This document shows, piece after piece, positions 1 to 11,065 of a stretch of 64,000 bases of DNA (positions within the stretch are counted from its first letter, which is position 1; each line of letters opens with the position of its first letter). Below the pieces are notes generated by a model, which ran no database searches, was not told the origin of the DNA, and saw nothing but the letters and a program-made list of their open reading frames with translations. Position numbers and translations under genes: made by a program. Location of the stretch: the NCBI RefSeq assembly GCF_009914755.1, contig NC_060942.1; one strand, given 5' to 3'. This DNA is from the human T2T-CHM13v2.0 reference genome, Homo sapiens.

Positions 1-332
1 TGGAAGCGGGAATTCATACAAATTGCAGACTGCAGCGTTCTGAGAAACATCTTTGTGATGTTTGTATTCAGGACAGAGAGTTGAACATTCCCTATCATAG
101 AGCAGGTTGGAATCACTCCTTTTGTAGTATCTGGAAGTGGACATTTGGAGCGCTTTCAGGCCTATGTTGAAAAAGGAAATATCTTCCCATAACAACTAGA
201 CACAAGCATTCTCAGAAACTTGTTTGTGATGTGTGCCCTCTAGTGACAGAGTTGAACCTTTCTTTTCATAGAGCAGTTTTGAAACACTCTTTTTGTAGAA
301 TCTGCAAGAGGATATTTGCATAGCTTTGAGGA

Positions 333-349
333 TTTCGTGGGAAACGGGA
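333..349 (+). promoter_or_regulatory. CENP-B box, monomer a variant (TTTCGTGGGAAACGGGA); recurs once per HOR
   Basis: Retains all 9 core bases of nTTCGnnnnAnnCGGGn. The next copy is at 2710-2726. Confidence 0.9.
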
Positions 350-674
350 TTGTCTTCAGGTAAAATCTAGACAGAAGCATTCTCAGAAACTTCTTTGGGA
401 TGTTTGCATTCAAGTCACAGAGTAGAACATTCCCTTTGGTAGAGCAGGTTTGAAACACTCTTTTTGTAGTATCTGGAAGTGGACATTTGGAGCGCTTTCA
501 GGCCTATGTTGGAAAGGGAAATATCTTCCCGTAACAACTAGGCAGAAGCATTCTCAGAAACTTATTTGAGATGTGTGTACTCAACTAAGAGAATTGAACC
601 ACCGTTTTGAAGGAGCAGTTTTGAAACACTCTTTTTCTGGAATCTGCAAGAGGATATTTGCCTAGCCTTGAGGA

Positions 675-691
675 TTTCGTTGGAAACGGGA
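675..691 (+). promoter_or_regulatory. Canonical CENP-B box (TTTCGTTGGAAACGGGA), monomer c; the same sequence is in monomer e (1359-1375)
   Basis: Exact match to YTTCGTTGGAARCGGGA. Also at 1017-1033 in the duplicated dimer. Confidence 0.97.
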
Positions 692-1525
692 TTGTCTTCA
701 GATCAAATCTAGACAGAAGCATTCTCAGAAACTTCTTTGGGATGTTTGCATTCAAGTCACAGAGTAGAACATTCCCTTTGGTAGAGCAGGTTTGAAACAC
801 TCTTTTTGTAGTATCTGGAAGTGGACATTTGGAGCGCTTTCAGGCCTATGTTGGAAAGGGAAATATCTTCCCGTAACAACTAGGCAGAAGCATTCTCAGA
901 AACTTATTTGAGATGTGTGTACTCAACTAACAGAATTGAACCACCGTTTTGAAGGAGCAGTTTTGAAACACTCTTTTTCTGGAATCTGCAAGAGGATATT
1001 TGCCTAGCCTTGAGGATTTCGTTGGAAACGGGATTGTCTTCAGATCAAATCTAGACAGAAGCATTCTCAGAAACTTCTTTGGGATGTTTGCATTCAAGTC
1101 ACAGAGTAGAACATTCCCTTTGGTAGAGCAGGTTTGAAACACTCTTTTTTTAGTATATGGAAGTGGACATTTGGAGCGCTTTCAGGTCTACGTTGGAAAA
1201 GGAAATATCTTCCCATAACAACTAGACAGAAGCATTCTCAGAAACTAGTTTCTGATGTGTGTCCTCAACTAACACAGTTGAACATTTCTTTAGACAGAAC
1301 AGTTTTGAAACACTCTTTTTGTGGAATCTGCAAGTGGCTATTTGGCTAGATTTGAGGATTTCGTTGGAAACGGGATTACATATAAAAAGCAGACAGCAGC
1401 ATTCTCAGAAAGTTCTTTGTGATGATTGCATTCAAGTCACAGAATTGAACATTCCCTTTCACAGAGCAGGTTTGAAACACTCTTTTTGTAGTGTGTGTAA
1501 GTGGACATTTGGAGCACTTTCCGGC

Positions 1526-1542
1526 CTAAGGTGAAAAAGGAA
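1526..1542 (+). promoter_or_regulatory. pJalpha / A-box motif (CTAAGGTGAAAAAGGAA) of A-type monomer f; also in monomer j, degenerate in b, d, h and l
   Basis: Occupies the position homologous to the CENP-B box in alternate monomers and is close to the pJalpha consensus CTAYGGTGRAAAAGGAA. Confidence 0.8.
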
Positions 1543-1696
1543 ATATCTTCCCATAAAAACTAGACAGAAGCACTCTCAGAAACTTACTCGTGATGTGTGT
1601 CCTCAACTAAAGGAGTAGAACCTTTCTTTTCATAGAGAAGTTTTGAAACGCTCTTTTTGTGGAATCTGCAAGTGGATATTTGGCTAGTTTTGAGGA

Positions 1697-1713
1697 TTTC
1701 GTTGGAAGCGGGA
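1697..1713 (+). promoter_or_regulatory. Canonical CENP-B box (TTTCGTTGGAAGCGGGA), monomer g; the same sequence is in monomer k (2372-2388); overlaps the EcoRI site
   Basis: Exact match to YTTCGTTGGAARCGGGA. Confidence 0.97.
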
Positions 1714-2034
1714 ATTCATACAAATTGCAGACTGCAGCGTTCTGAGAAACATCTTTGTGATGTTTGTATTCAGGACACAGAGTTGAACATTCCCTATCAT
1801 AGAGCAGGTTTGAATCACTCCTTTTGTAGTATCTGGAAGTGGACATTTGGAGCGCTTTCAGGCCTATGTTGGAAAAGGAAATATCTTCCCATAACAACTA
1901 GACAGAAGCATTCTCAGAAACTTATTTGAGATGTGTGTACTCAACTAAGAGAATTGAACCACCGTTTTGAAGGAGCAGTTTTGAAACACTCTTTTTCTGG
2001 AATCTGCAAGTGGATATTTGGCTAGCTTTGGGGA

Positions 2035-2051
2035 TTTCGCTGGAAGCGGGA
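2035..2051 (+). promoter_or_regulatory. CENP-B box, monomer i variant (TTTCGCTGGAAGCGGGA)
   Basis: All 9 core bases are intact; the T>C change is at a non-core position. Confidence 0.9.
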
Positions 2052-2583
2052 ATACATATAAAAAGCACACAGCAGCGTTCTGAGAAACTGCTTTCTGATG
2101 TTTGCATTCAAGTCAAAAGTTGAACACTCCCTTTCATAGAGCAGTCCTGAAACACTCCTTTTGTAGTATCTGGAACTGGACTTTTGGAGCGCTTTCAGGG
2201 CTAAGGTGAAAAAGGAAATATCTTCCCATAAAAACTGGACAGAAGCATTCTCAGAAACTTGTTTATGCTGTATCTACTCAACTAACAAAGTTGAACCTTT
2301 CTTTTGATAGAGCAGTTTTGAAATGCTCTTTTTGTGGAATCTGCAAGTGGATATTTGGCTAGTTTTGAGGATTTCGTTGGAAGCGGGAATTCATACAAAT
2401 TGCAGACTGCAGCGTTCTGAGAAACATCTTTGTGATGTTTGTATTCAGGACAGAGAGTTGAACATTCCCTATCATAGAGCAGGTTGGAATCACTCCTTTT
2501 GTAGTATCTGGAAGTGGACATTTGGAGCGCTTTCAGGCCTATGTTGAAAAAGGAAATATCTTCCCATAACAACTAGACACAAG

Positions 2584-4618
2584 CATTCTCAGAAACTTGT
2601 TTGTGATGTGTGCCCTCTACTGACAGAGTTGAACCTTTCTTTTCATAGAGCAGTTTTGAAACACTCTTTTTGTAGAATCTGCAAGAGGATATTTGCATAG
2701 CTTTGAGGATTTCGTGGGAAACGGGATTGTCTTCAGCTAAAATCTAGACAGAAGCATTCTCAGAAACTTCTTTGGGATGTTTGCATTCAAGTCACAGAGT
2801 AGAACATTCCCTTTGGTAGAGCAGGTTTGAAACACTCTTTTTGTAGTATCTGGAAGTGGACATTTGGAGCGCTTTCAGGCCTATGTTGGAAAGGGAAATA
2901 TCTTCCCGTAACAACTAGGCAGAAGCATTCTCAGAAACTTATTTGAGATGTGTGTACTCAACTAAGAGAATTGAACCACCGTTTTGAAGGAGCAGTTTTG
3001 AAACACTCTTTTTCTGGAATCTGCAAGAGGATATTTGCCTAGCCTTGAGGATTTCGTTGGAAACGGGATTGTCTTCAGAGCAAATCTAGACAGAAGCATT
3101 CTCAGAAACTTCTTTGGGATGTTTGCATTCAAGTCACAGAGTAGAACATTCCCTTTGGTAGAGCAGGTTTGAAACACTCTTTTTTTAGTATATGGAAGTG
3201 GACATTTGGAGCGCTTTCAGGCCTACGTTGGAAAAGGAAATATCTTCCCATAACAACTAGACAGAAGCATTCTCAGAAACTAGTTTCTGATGTGTGTCCT
3301 CAACTAACACAGTTGAACATTTCTTTAGACAGAACAGTTTTGAAACTCTCTTTTTGTGGAATCTGCAAGTGGCTATTTGGCTAGATTTGAGGATTTCGTT
3401 GGAAACGGGATTACATATAAAAAGCAGACAGCAGCATTCTCAGAAATTTCTTTGTGATGATTGCATTCAAGTCACAGAATTGAACATTCCCTTTCACAGA
3501 GCAGGTTTGAAACACTCTTTTTGTAGTGTGTGTAAGTGGACATTTGGAGCACTTTCCGGCCTAAGGTGAAAAAGGAAATATCTTCCCATAAAAACTAGAC
3601 AGAAGCATTCTCAGAAACTTACTCGTGATGTGTGTCCTCAACTAAAGGAGTAGAACCTTTGTTTTCATAGAGAAGTTTTGAAACGCTCTTTTTGTGGAAT
3701 CTGCAAGTGGATATTTGGCTAGTTTTGAGGATTTCGTTGGAAGCGGGAATTCATACAAATTGCAGACTGCAGCGTTCTGAGAAACATCTTTGTGATGTTT
3801 GTATTCAGGACACAGAGTTGAACATTCCCTATCATAGAGCAGGTTGGAATCACTCCTTTTGTAGTATCTGGAAGTGGACATTTGGAGCGCTTTCCGGCCT
3901 ATGTTGGAAAAGGAAATATCTTCCCATAACAACTAGACAGAAGCATTCTCAGAAACTTATTTGAGATGTGTGTACTCAACTAAGAGAATTGAACCACCGT
4001 TTTGAAGGAGCAGTTTTGAAACACTCTTTTTCTGGAATCTGCAAGTGGATATTTGGCTAGCTTTGGGGATTTCGCTGGAAGCGGGAATACATATAAAAAG
4101 CACACAGCAGCGTTCTGAGAAACTGCTTTCTGATGTTTGCATTCAAGTCAAAAGTTGAACACTCCCTTTCATAGAGCAGTCCTGAAACACTCCTTTTGTA
4201 GTATCTGGAACTGGACTTTTGGAGCGCTTTCAGGGCTAAGGTGAAAAAGGAAATATCTTCCCATAAAAACTGGACAGAAGCATTCTCAGAAACTTGTTTA
4301 TGCTGTATCTACTCAACTAACAAAGTTGAACCTTTCTTTTGATAGAGCAGTTTTGAAATGCTCTTTTTGTGGAATCTGCAAGTGGATATTTGGCTAGTTT
4401 TGAGGATTTCGCTGGAAGCGGGAATTCATACAAATTGCAGACTGCAAGGTTCTGAGAAACATCTTTGTGATGTTTGTATTCAGGACAGAGAGTTGAACAT
4501 TCCCTATCATAGAGCAGGTTGGAATCACTCCTTTTGTAGTATCTGGAAGTGGACATTTGGAGCGCTTTCAGGCCTATGTTGAAAAAGGAAATATCTTCCC
4601 ATAACAACTAGACACAAG
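2584..4618 (+). repeat. D18Z1: Representative canonical 12-mer HOR unit (a-l), most likely human chr18 D18Z1 / S2C18H1L (SF2)
   Basis: The 12 monomers sum to 2035 bp. EcoRI sites (gaattc at 1712, 2387, 3747, 4422) give alternating 675 and 1360 bp fragments, matching the ~0.68 kb and ~1.36 kb EcoRI units I recall for chr18 alpha satellite. The A/B alternation is dimeric. The chromosome assignment is from recall, not alignment. Confidence 0.85.
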
Positions 4619-6995
4619 CATTCTCAGAAACTTGTTTGTGATGTGTGCCCTCTAGTGACAGAGTTGAACCTTTCTTTTCATAGAGCAGTTTTGAAACACT
4701 CTTTTTGTAGAATCTGCAAGAGGATATTTGAATAGCTTTGAGGATTTCGTGGGAAACGGGATTGTCTTCAGGTAAAATCTAGACAGAAGCATTCTCAGAA
4801 ACTTCTTTGGGATGTTTGCATTCAAGTCACAGAGTAGAACATTCCCTTTGGTAGAGCAGGTTTGAAACACTCTTTTTGTAGTATCTGGAAGAGGACATTT
4901 GGAGCGCTTTCAGGCATATGTTGGAAAGGGAAATATCTTCCCGTAACAACTAGGCAGAAGCATTCTCAGAAACTTATTTGAGATGTGTGTACTCAACTAA
5001 GAGAATTGAACCACCGTTTTGAAGGAGCAGTTTTGAAACACTCTTTTTCTGGAATCTGCAAGAGGATATTTGCCTAGCCTTGAGGATTTCGTTGGAAACG
5101 GGATTGTCTTCAGATCAAATCTAGACAGAAGCATTCTCAGAAACTTCTTTGGGATGTTTGCATTCAAGTCACAGAGTAGAACATTCCCTTTGGTAGAGCA
5201 GGTTTGAAACACTCTTTTTGTAGTATCTGGAAGTGGACATTTGGAGCGCTTTCAGGCCTATGTTGGAAAGGGAAATATCTTCCCGTAACAACTAGGCAGA
5301 AGCATTCTCAGAAACTTATTTGAGATGTGTGTACTCAACTAAGAGAATTGAACCACCGTTTTGAAGGAGCAGTTTTGAAACACTCTTTTTCTGGAATCTG
5401 CAAGAGGATATTTGCCTAGCCTTGAGGATTTCGTTGGAAACGGGATTGTCTTCAGATCAAATCTAGACAGAAGCATTCTCAGAAACTTCTTTGGGATGTT
5501 TGCATTCAAGTCACAGAGTAGAAGATTCCCTTTGGTAGAGCAGGTTTGAAACACCCTTTTTTTAGTATATGGAAGTGGACATTTGGAGCGCTTTCAGGTC
5601 TACGTTGGAAAAGGAAATATCTTCCCATAACAACTAGACAGAAGCATTCTCAGAAACTAGTTTCTGATGTGTGTCCTCAACTAACACAGTTGAACATTTC
5701 TTTAGACAGAACAGTTTTGAAACACTCTTTTTGTGGAATCTGCAAGTGGCTATTTGGCTAGATTTGAGGATTTCGTTGGAAACGGGATTACATATAAAAA
5801 GCAGACAGCAGCATTCTCAGAAAGTTCTTTGTGATGATTGCATTCAAGTCACAGAATTGAACATTCCCTTTCACAGAGCAGGTTTGAAACACTCTTTTTG
5901 TAGTGTGTGTAAGTGGACATTTGGAGCACTTTCCGGCCTAAGGTGAAAAAGGAAATATCTTCCCATAAAAACTAGACAGAAGCACTCTCAGAAACTTACT
6001 CGTGATGTGTGTCCTCAACTAAAGGAGTAGAACCTTTCTTTTCATAGAGAAGTTTTGAAACGCTCTTTTTGTGGAATCTGCAAGTGGATATTTGGCTAGT
6101 TTTGAGGATTTCGTTGGAAGCGGGAATTCATACAAATTGCAGACTGCAGCGTTCTGAGAAACATCTTTGTGATGTTTGTATTCAGGACACAGAGTTGAAC
6201 ATTCCCTATCATAGAGCAGGTTTGAATCACTCCTTTTGTAGTATCTGGAAGTGGACATTTGGAGCGCTTTCAGGCCTATGTTGGAAAAGGAAATATCTTC
6301 CCATAACAACTAGACAGAAGCATTCTCAGAAACTTATTTGAGATGTGTGTACTCAACTAAGAGAATTGAACCACCGTTTTGAAGGAGCAGTTTTGAAACA
6401 CTCTTTTTCTGGAATCTGCAAGTGGATATTTGGCTAGCTTTGGGGATTTCGCTGGAAGCGGGAATACATATAAAAATCACACAGCAGCGTTCTGAGAAAC
6501 TGCTTTCTGATGTTTGCATTCAAGTCAAAAGTTGAACACTCCCTTTCATAGAGCAGTCCTGAAACACTCCTTTTGTAGTATCTGGAACTGGACTTTTGGA
6601 GCGCTTTCAGGGCTAAGGTGAAAAAGGAAATATCTTCCCATAAAAACTGGACAGAAGCATTCTCAGAAACTTGTTTATGCTGTATCTACTCAACTAACAA
6701 AGTTGAACCTTTCTTTTGATAGAGCAGTTTTGAAATGCTCTTTTTGTGGAATCTGCAAGTGGATATTTGGCTAGTTTTGAGGATTTCGTTGGAAGCGGGA
6801 ATTCATACAAATTGCAGACTGCAGCGTTCTGAGAAACATCTTTGTGATGTTTGTATTCAGGACAGAGAGTTGAACATTCCCTATCATAGAGCAGGTTGGA
6901 ATCACTCCTTTTGTAGTATCTGGAAGTGGACATTTGGAGCGCTTTCAGGCCTATGTTGAAAAAGGAAATATCTTCCCATAACAACTAGACACAAG
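4619..6995 (+). repeat. 14-mer HOR structural variant; dimer duplicated at 4961-5302 / 5303-5644
   Basis: Landmark spacing 3294 to 5671 = 2377 bp; duplicate ORFs at 4997 and 5339. Confidence 0.95.
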
Positions 6996-8975
6996 CATTC
7001 TCAGAAACTTGTTTGTGATGTGTGCCCTCTACTGACAGAGTTGAACCTTTCTTTTCATAGAGCAGTTTTGAAACACTCTTTTTGTAGAATCTGCAAGAGG
7101 ATATTTGCATAGCTTTGAGGATTTCGTGGGAAACGGGATTGTCTTCAGGTAAAATCTAGACAGAAGCATTCTCAGAAACTTCTTTGGGATGTTTGCATTC
7201 AAGTCACAGAGTAGAACATTCCCTTTGGTAGAGCAGGTTTGAAACACTCTTTTTATAGTATCTGGAAGTGGACATTTGGAGCGCTTTCAGGCCTATGTTG
7301 GAAAGGGAAATATCTTCCCGTAACAACTAGGCAGAAGCATTCTCAGAAACTTATTGGAGATGTGTGTACTCAACTAAGAGAATTGAACCACCGTTTTGAA
7401 GGAGCAGTTTTGAAACACTCTTTTTCTGGAATCTGCAAGAGGATATTTGCCTAGCTTTGAGGATTTCGTTGGAAACGGGATTGTCTTCAGATCAAATCTA
7501 GACAGAAGCATTCTCAGAAACTTCTTTGGGATGTTTGCATTCAAGTCACAGAGTAGAACATTCCCTTTGGTAGAGCAGGTTTGAAACACTCTTTTTTTAG
7601 TATATGGAAGTGGACATTTGGAGCGCTTTCAGGCCTACGTTGGAAAAGGAAATATCTTCCCATAACAATTAGACAGAAGTATTCTCAGAAACTAGTTTCT
7701 GATGTGTGTCCTCAACTAACACAGTTGAACATTTCTTTAGACAGAACAGTTTTGAAACTCTCTTTTTGTGGAATCTGCAAGTGGCTATTTGGCTAGATTT
7801 GAGGATTTCGTTGGAAACGGGATTACATATAAAAAGCAGACAGCAGCATTCTCAGAACGTTCTTTGTGATGATTGCATTCAAGTCACAGAATTGAACATT
7901 CCCTTTCACAGAGCAGGTTTGAAACACTCTTTTTGTAGTGTGTGTAAGTGGACTTTTGGAGCACTTTCCGGCCTAAGGTGAAAAAGGAAATATCTTCCCA
8001 TAAAAACTAGACAGAAGCATTCTCAGAAACTTACTCGTGATGTGTGTCCTCAACTAAAGGAGTAGAACCTTTCTTTTCATAGAGAAGTTTTGAAACGCTC
8101 TTTTTGTGGAATCTGCAAGTGGATATTTGGCTAGTTTTGAGGATTTCGTTGGAAGCGGGAATTCATACAAATTGCAGACTGCAGCGTTCTGAGAAACATC
8201 TTTGTGATGTTTGTATTCAGGACACAGAGTTGAACATTCCCTATCATAGAGCAGGTTGGAATCACTCCTTTTGTAGTATCTGGAAGTGGACATTTGGAGC
8301 GCTTTCAGGCCTATGTTGGAAAAGGAAATATCTTCCCATAACAACTAGACAGAAGCATTCTCAGAAACTTATTTGAGATGTGTGTACTCAACTAAGAGAA
8401 TTGAACCACCGTTTTGAAGGAGCAGTTTTGAAACACTCTTTTTCTGGAATCTGCAAGTGGATATTTGGCTAGCTTTGGGGATTTCGCTGGAAGCGGGAAT
8501 ACATATAAAAAGCACACAGCAGCGTTCTGAGAAACTGCTTTCTGATGTTTGCATTCAAGTCAAAAGTTGAACACTCCCTTTCATAGTGCAGTCCTGAAAC
8601 ACTCCTTTTGTAGTATCTGGAACTGGACTTTTGGAGCGCTTTCAGGGCTAAGGTGAAAAAGGAAATATCTTCCCATAAAAACTGGACAGAAGCATTCTCA
8701 GAAACTTGTTTATGCTGTATCTACTCAACTAACAAAGTTGAACCTTTCTTTTGATAGAGCAGTTTTGAAATGCTCTTTTTGTGGAATCTGCAAGTGGATA
8801 TTTGGCTAGTTTTGAGGATTTCGTTGGAAGCGGGAATTCATACAAATTGCAGACTGCAGCGTTCAGAGAAACATCTTTGTGATGTTTGTATTCAGGACAG
8901 AGAGTTGAACATTCCCTATCATAGAGCAGGTTGGAATCACTCCTTTTGTAGTATCTGGAAGTGGACATTTGGAGC

Positions 8976-9110
8976 ACTTTCCGGCCTAAGGTGAAAAAGG
9001 AAATATCTTCCCATAAAAACTAGACAGAAGCATTCTCAGAAACTTACTCGTGATGTGTGTCCTCCACTAAATGAGTAGAACCTTTCTTTTCATAGAGAAG
9101 TTTTGAAACG
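8976..9110 (+). other. Hybrid-monomer tract: the l/a junction is replaced by f/g junction sequence (copy 1)
   Basis: ggagcactttccggcctaaggtg...cttactcgtg...gagaagttttgaaacg lies between l-type (gtagtatctgg) and a-type (gtagaatctgcaagagg) flanks; HOR length is unchanged. Confidence 0.93.
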
Positions 9111-11065
9111 CTCTTTTTGTAGAATCTGCAAGAGGATATTTGCATAGCTTTGAGGATTTCGTGGGAAACGGGATTGTCTTCAGGTAAAATCTAGACAGAA
9201 GCATTCTCAGAAACTTCTTTGGGATGTTTGCATTCAAGTCACAGAGTAGAACATTCCCTTTGGTAGAGCAGGTTTGAAACACTCTTTTTATAGTATCTGG
9301 AAGTGGACATTTGGAGCGCTTTCAGGCCTATGTTGGAAAGGGAAATATCTTCCCGTAACAACTAGGCAGAAGCATTCTCAGAAACTTATTGGAGATGTGT
9401 GTACTCAACTAAGAGAATTGAACCACCGTTTTGAAGGAGCAGTTTTGAAACACTCTTTTTCTGGAATATGCAAGAGGATATTTGCCTAGCTTTGAGGATT
9501 TCGTTGGAAACGGGATTGTCTTCAGATCAAATCTAGACAGAAGCATTCTCAGAAACTTCTTTGGGATGTTTGCATTCAAGTCACAGAGTAGAACATTCCC
9601 TTTGGTAGAGCAGGTTTGAAACACTCTTTTTTTAGTATATGGAAGTGGACATTTGGAGCGCTTTCAGGCCTACGTTGGAAAAGGAAATATCTTCCCATAA
9701 CAATTAGACAGAAGCATTCTCAGAAACTAGTTTCTGATGTGTGTCCTCAACTAACACAGTTGAACATTTCTTTAGACAGAACAGTTTTGAAACTCTCTTT
9801 TTGTGGAATCTGCAAGTGGCTATTTGGCTAGATTTGAGGATTTCGTTGGAAACGGGATTACATATAAAAAGCAGACAGCAGCATTCTCAGAACGTTCTTT
9901 GTGATGATTGCATTCAAGTCACAGAATTGAACATTCCCTTTCACAGAGCAGGTTTGAAACACTCTTTTTGTAGTGTGTGTAAGTGGACATTTGGAGCACT
10001 TTCCGGCCTAAGGTGAAAAAGGAAATATCTTCCCATAAAAACTAGACAGAAGCATTCTCAGAAACTTACTCGTGATGTGTGTCCTCAACTAAAGGAGTAG
10101 AACCTTTCTTTTCATAGAGAAGTTTTGAAACGCTCTTTTTGTGGAATCTGCAAGTGGATATTTGGCTAGTTTTGAGGATTTCGTTGGAAGCGGGAATTCA
10201 TACAAATTGCAGACTGCAGCGTTCTGAGAAACATCTTTGTGATGTTTGTATTCAGGACACAGAGTTGAACATTCCCTATCATAGAGCAGGTTTGAATCAT
10301 TCCTTTTGTAGTATCTGGAAGTGGACATTTGGAGCGCTTTCAGGCCTATGTTGGAAAAGGAAATATCTTCCCATAACAACTAGACAGAAGCATTCTCAGA
10401 AACTTATTTGAGATGTGTGTACTCAACTAAGAGAATTGAACCACCGTTTTGAAGGAGCAGTTTTGAAACACTCTTTTTCTGGAATCTGCAAGTGGATATT
10501 TGGCTAGCTTTGGGGATTTCGCTGGAAGCGGGAATACATATAAAAAGCACACAGCAGCGTTCTGAGAAACTGCTTTCTGATGTTTGCATTCAAGTCAAAA
10601 GTTGAACACTCCCTTTCATAGAGCAGTCCTGAAACACTCCTTTTGTAGTATCTGGAACTGGACTTTTGGAGCGCTTTCAGGGCTAAGGTGAAAAAGGAAA
10701 TATCTTCCCATAAAAACTGGACAGAAGCATTCTCAGAAACTTGTTTATGCTGTATCTACTCAACTAACAAAGTTGAACCTTTCTTTTGATAGAGCAGTTT
10801 TGAAATGCTCTTTTTGTGGAATCTGCAAGTGGATATTTGGCTAGTTTTGAGGATTTCGTTGGAAGCGGGAATTCATACAAATTGCAGACTGCAGCGTTCT
10901 GAGAAACATCTTTGTGATGTTTGTATTCAGGACAGAGAGTTGAACATTCCCTATCATAGAGCAGGTTGGAATCACTCCTTTTGTAGTATCTGGAAGTGGA
11001 CATTTGGAGCGCTTTCAGGCCTATGTTGAAAAAGGAAATATCTTCCCATAACAACTAGACACAAG

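Larger units (their letters stand above)
207..2583 (+). repeat. 14-mer HOR structural variant (2377 bp); 342-bp dimer duplicated at 549-890 / 891-1232
   Basis: Monomer c (cttatttgag...gatcaaatct) appears twice, 342 bp apart; the ORFs at 585 and 927 are duplicates. Confidence 0.95.

Noticed and set aside
1378-1390. TATA-like catataaaaag in monomers e and i as a promoter
   Set aside because: A short AT-rich match in AT-rich satellite, with no sequence evidence for a defined transcription unit.
2584-4618. Assignment to DXZ1 (also a 12-mer of ~2.0 kb)
   Set aside because: DXZ1 is a pentameric SF3 array of ~2057 bp with irregular CENP-B box spacing. This array is strictly dimeric with a 2035-bp unit.
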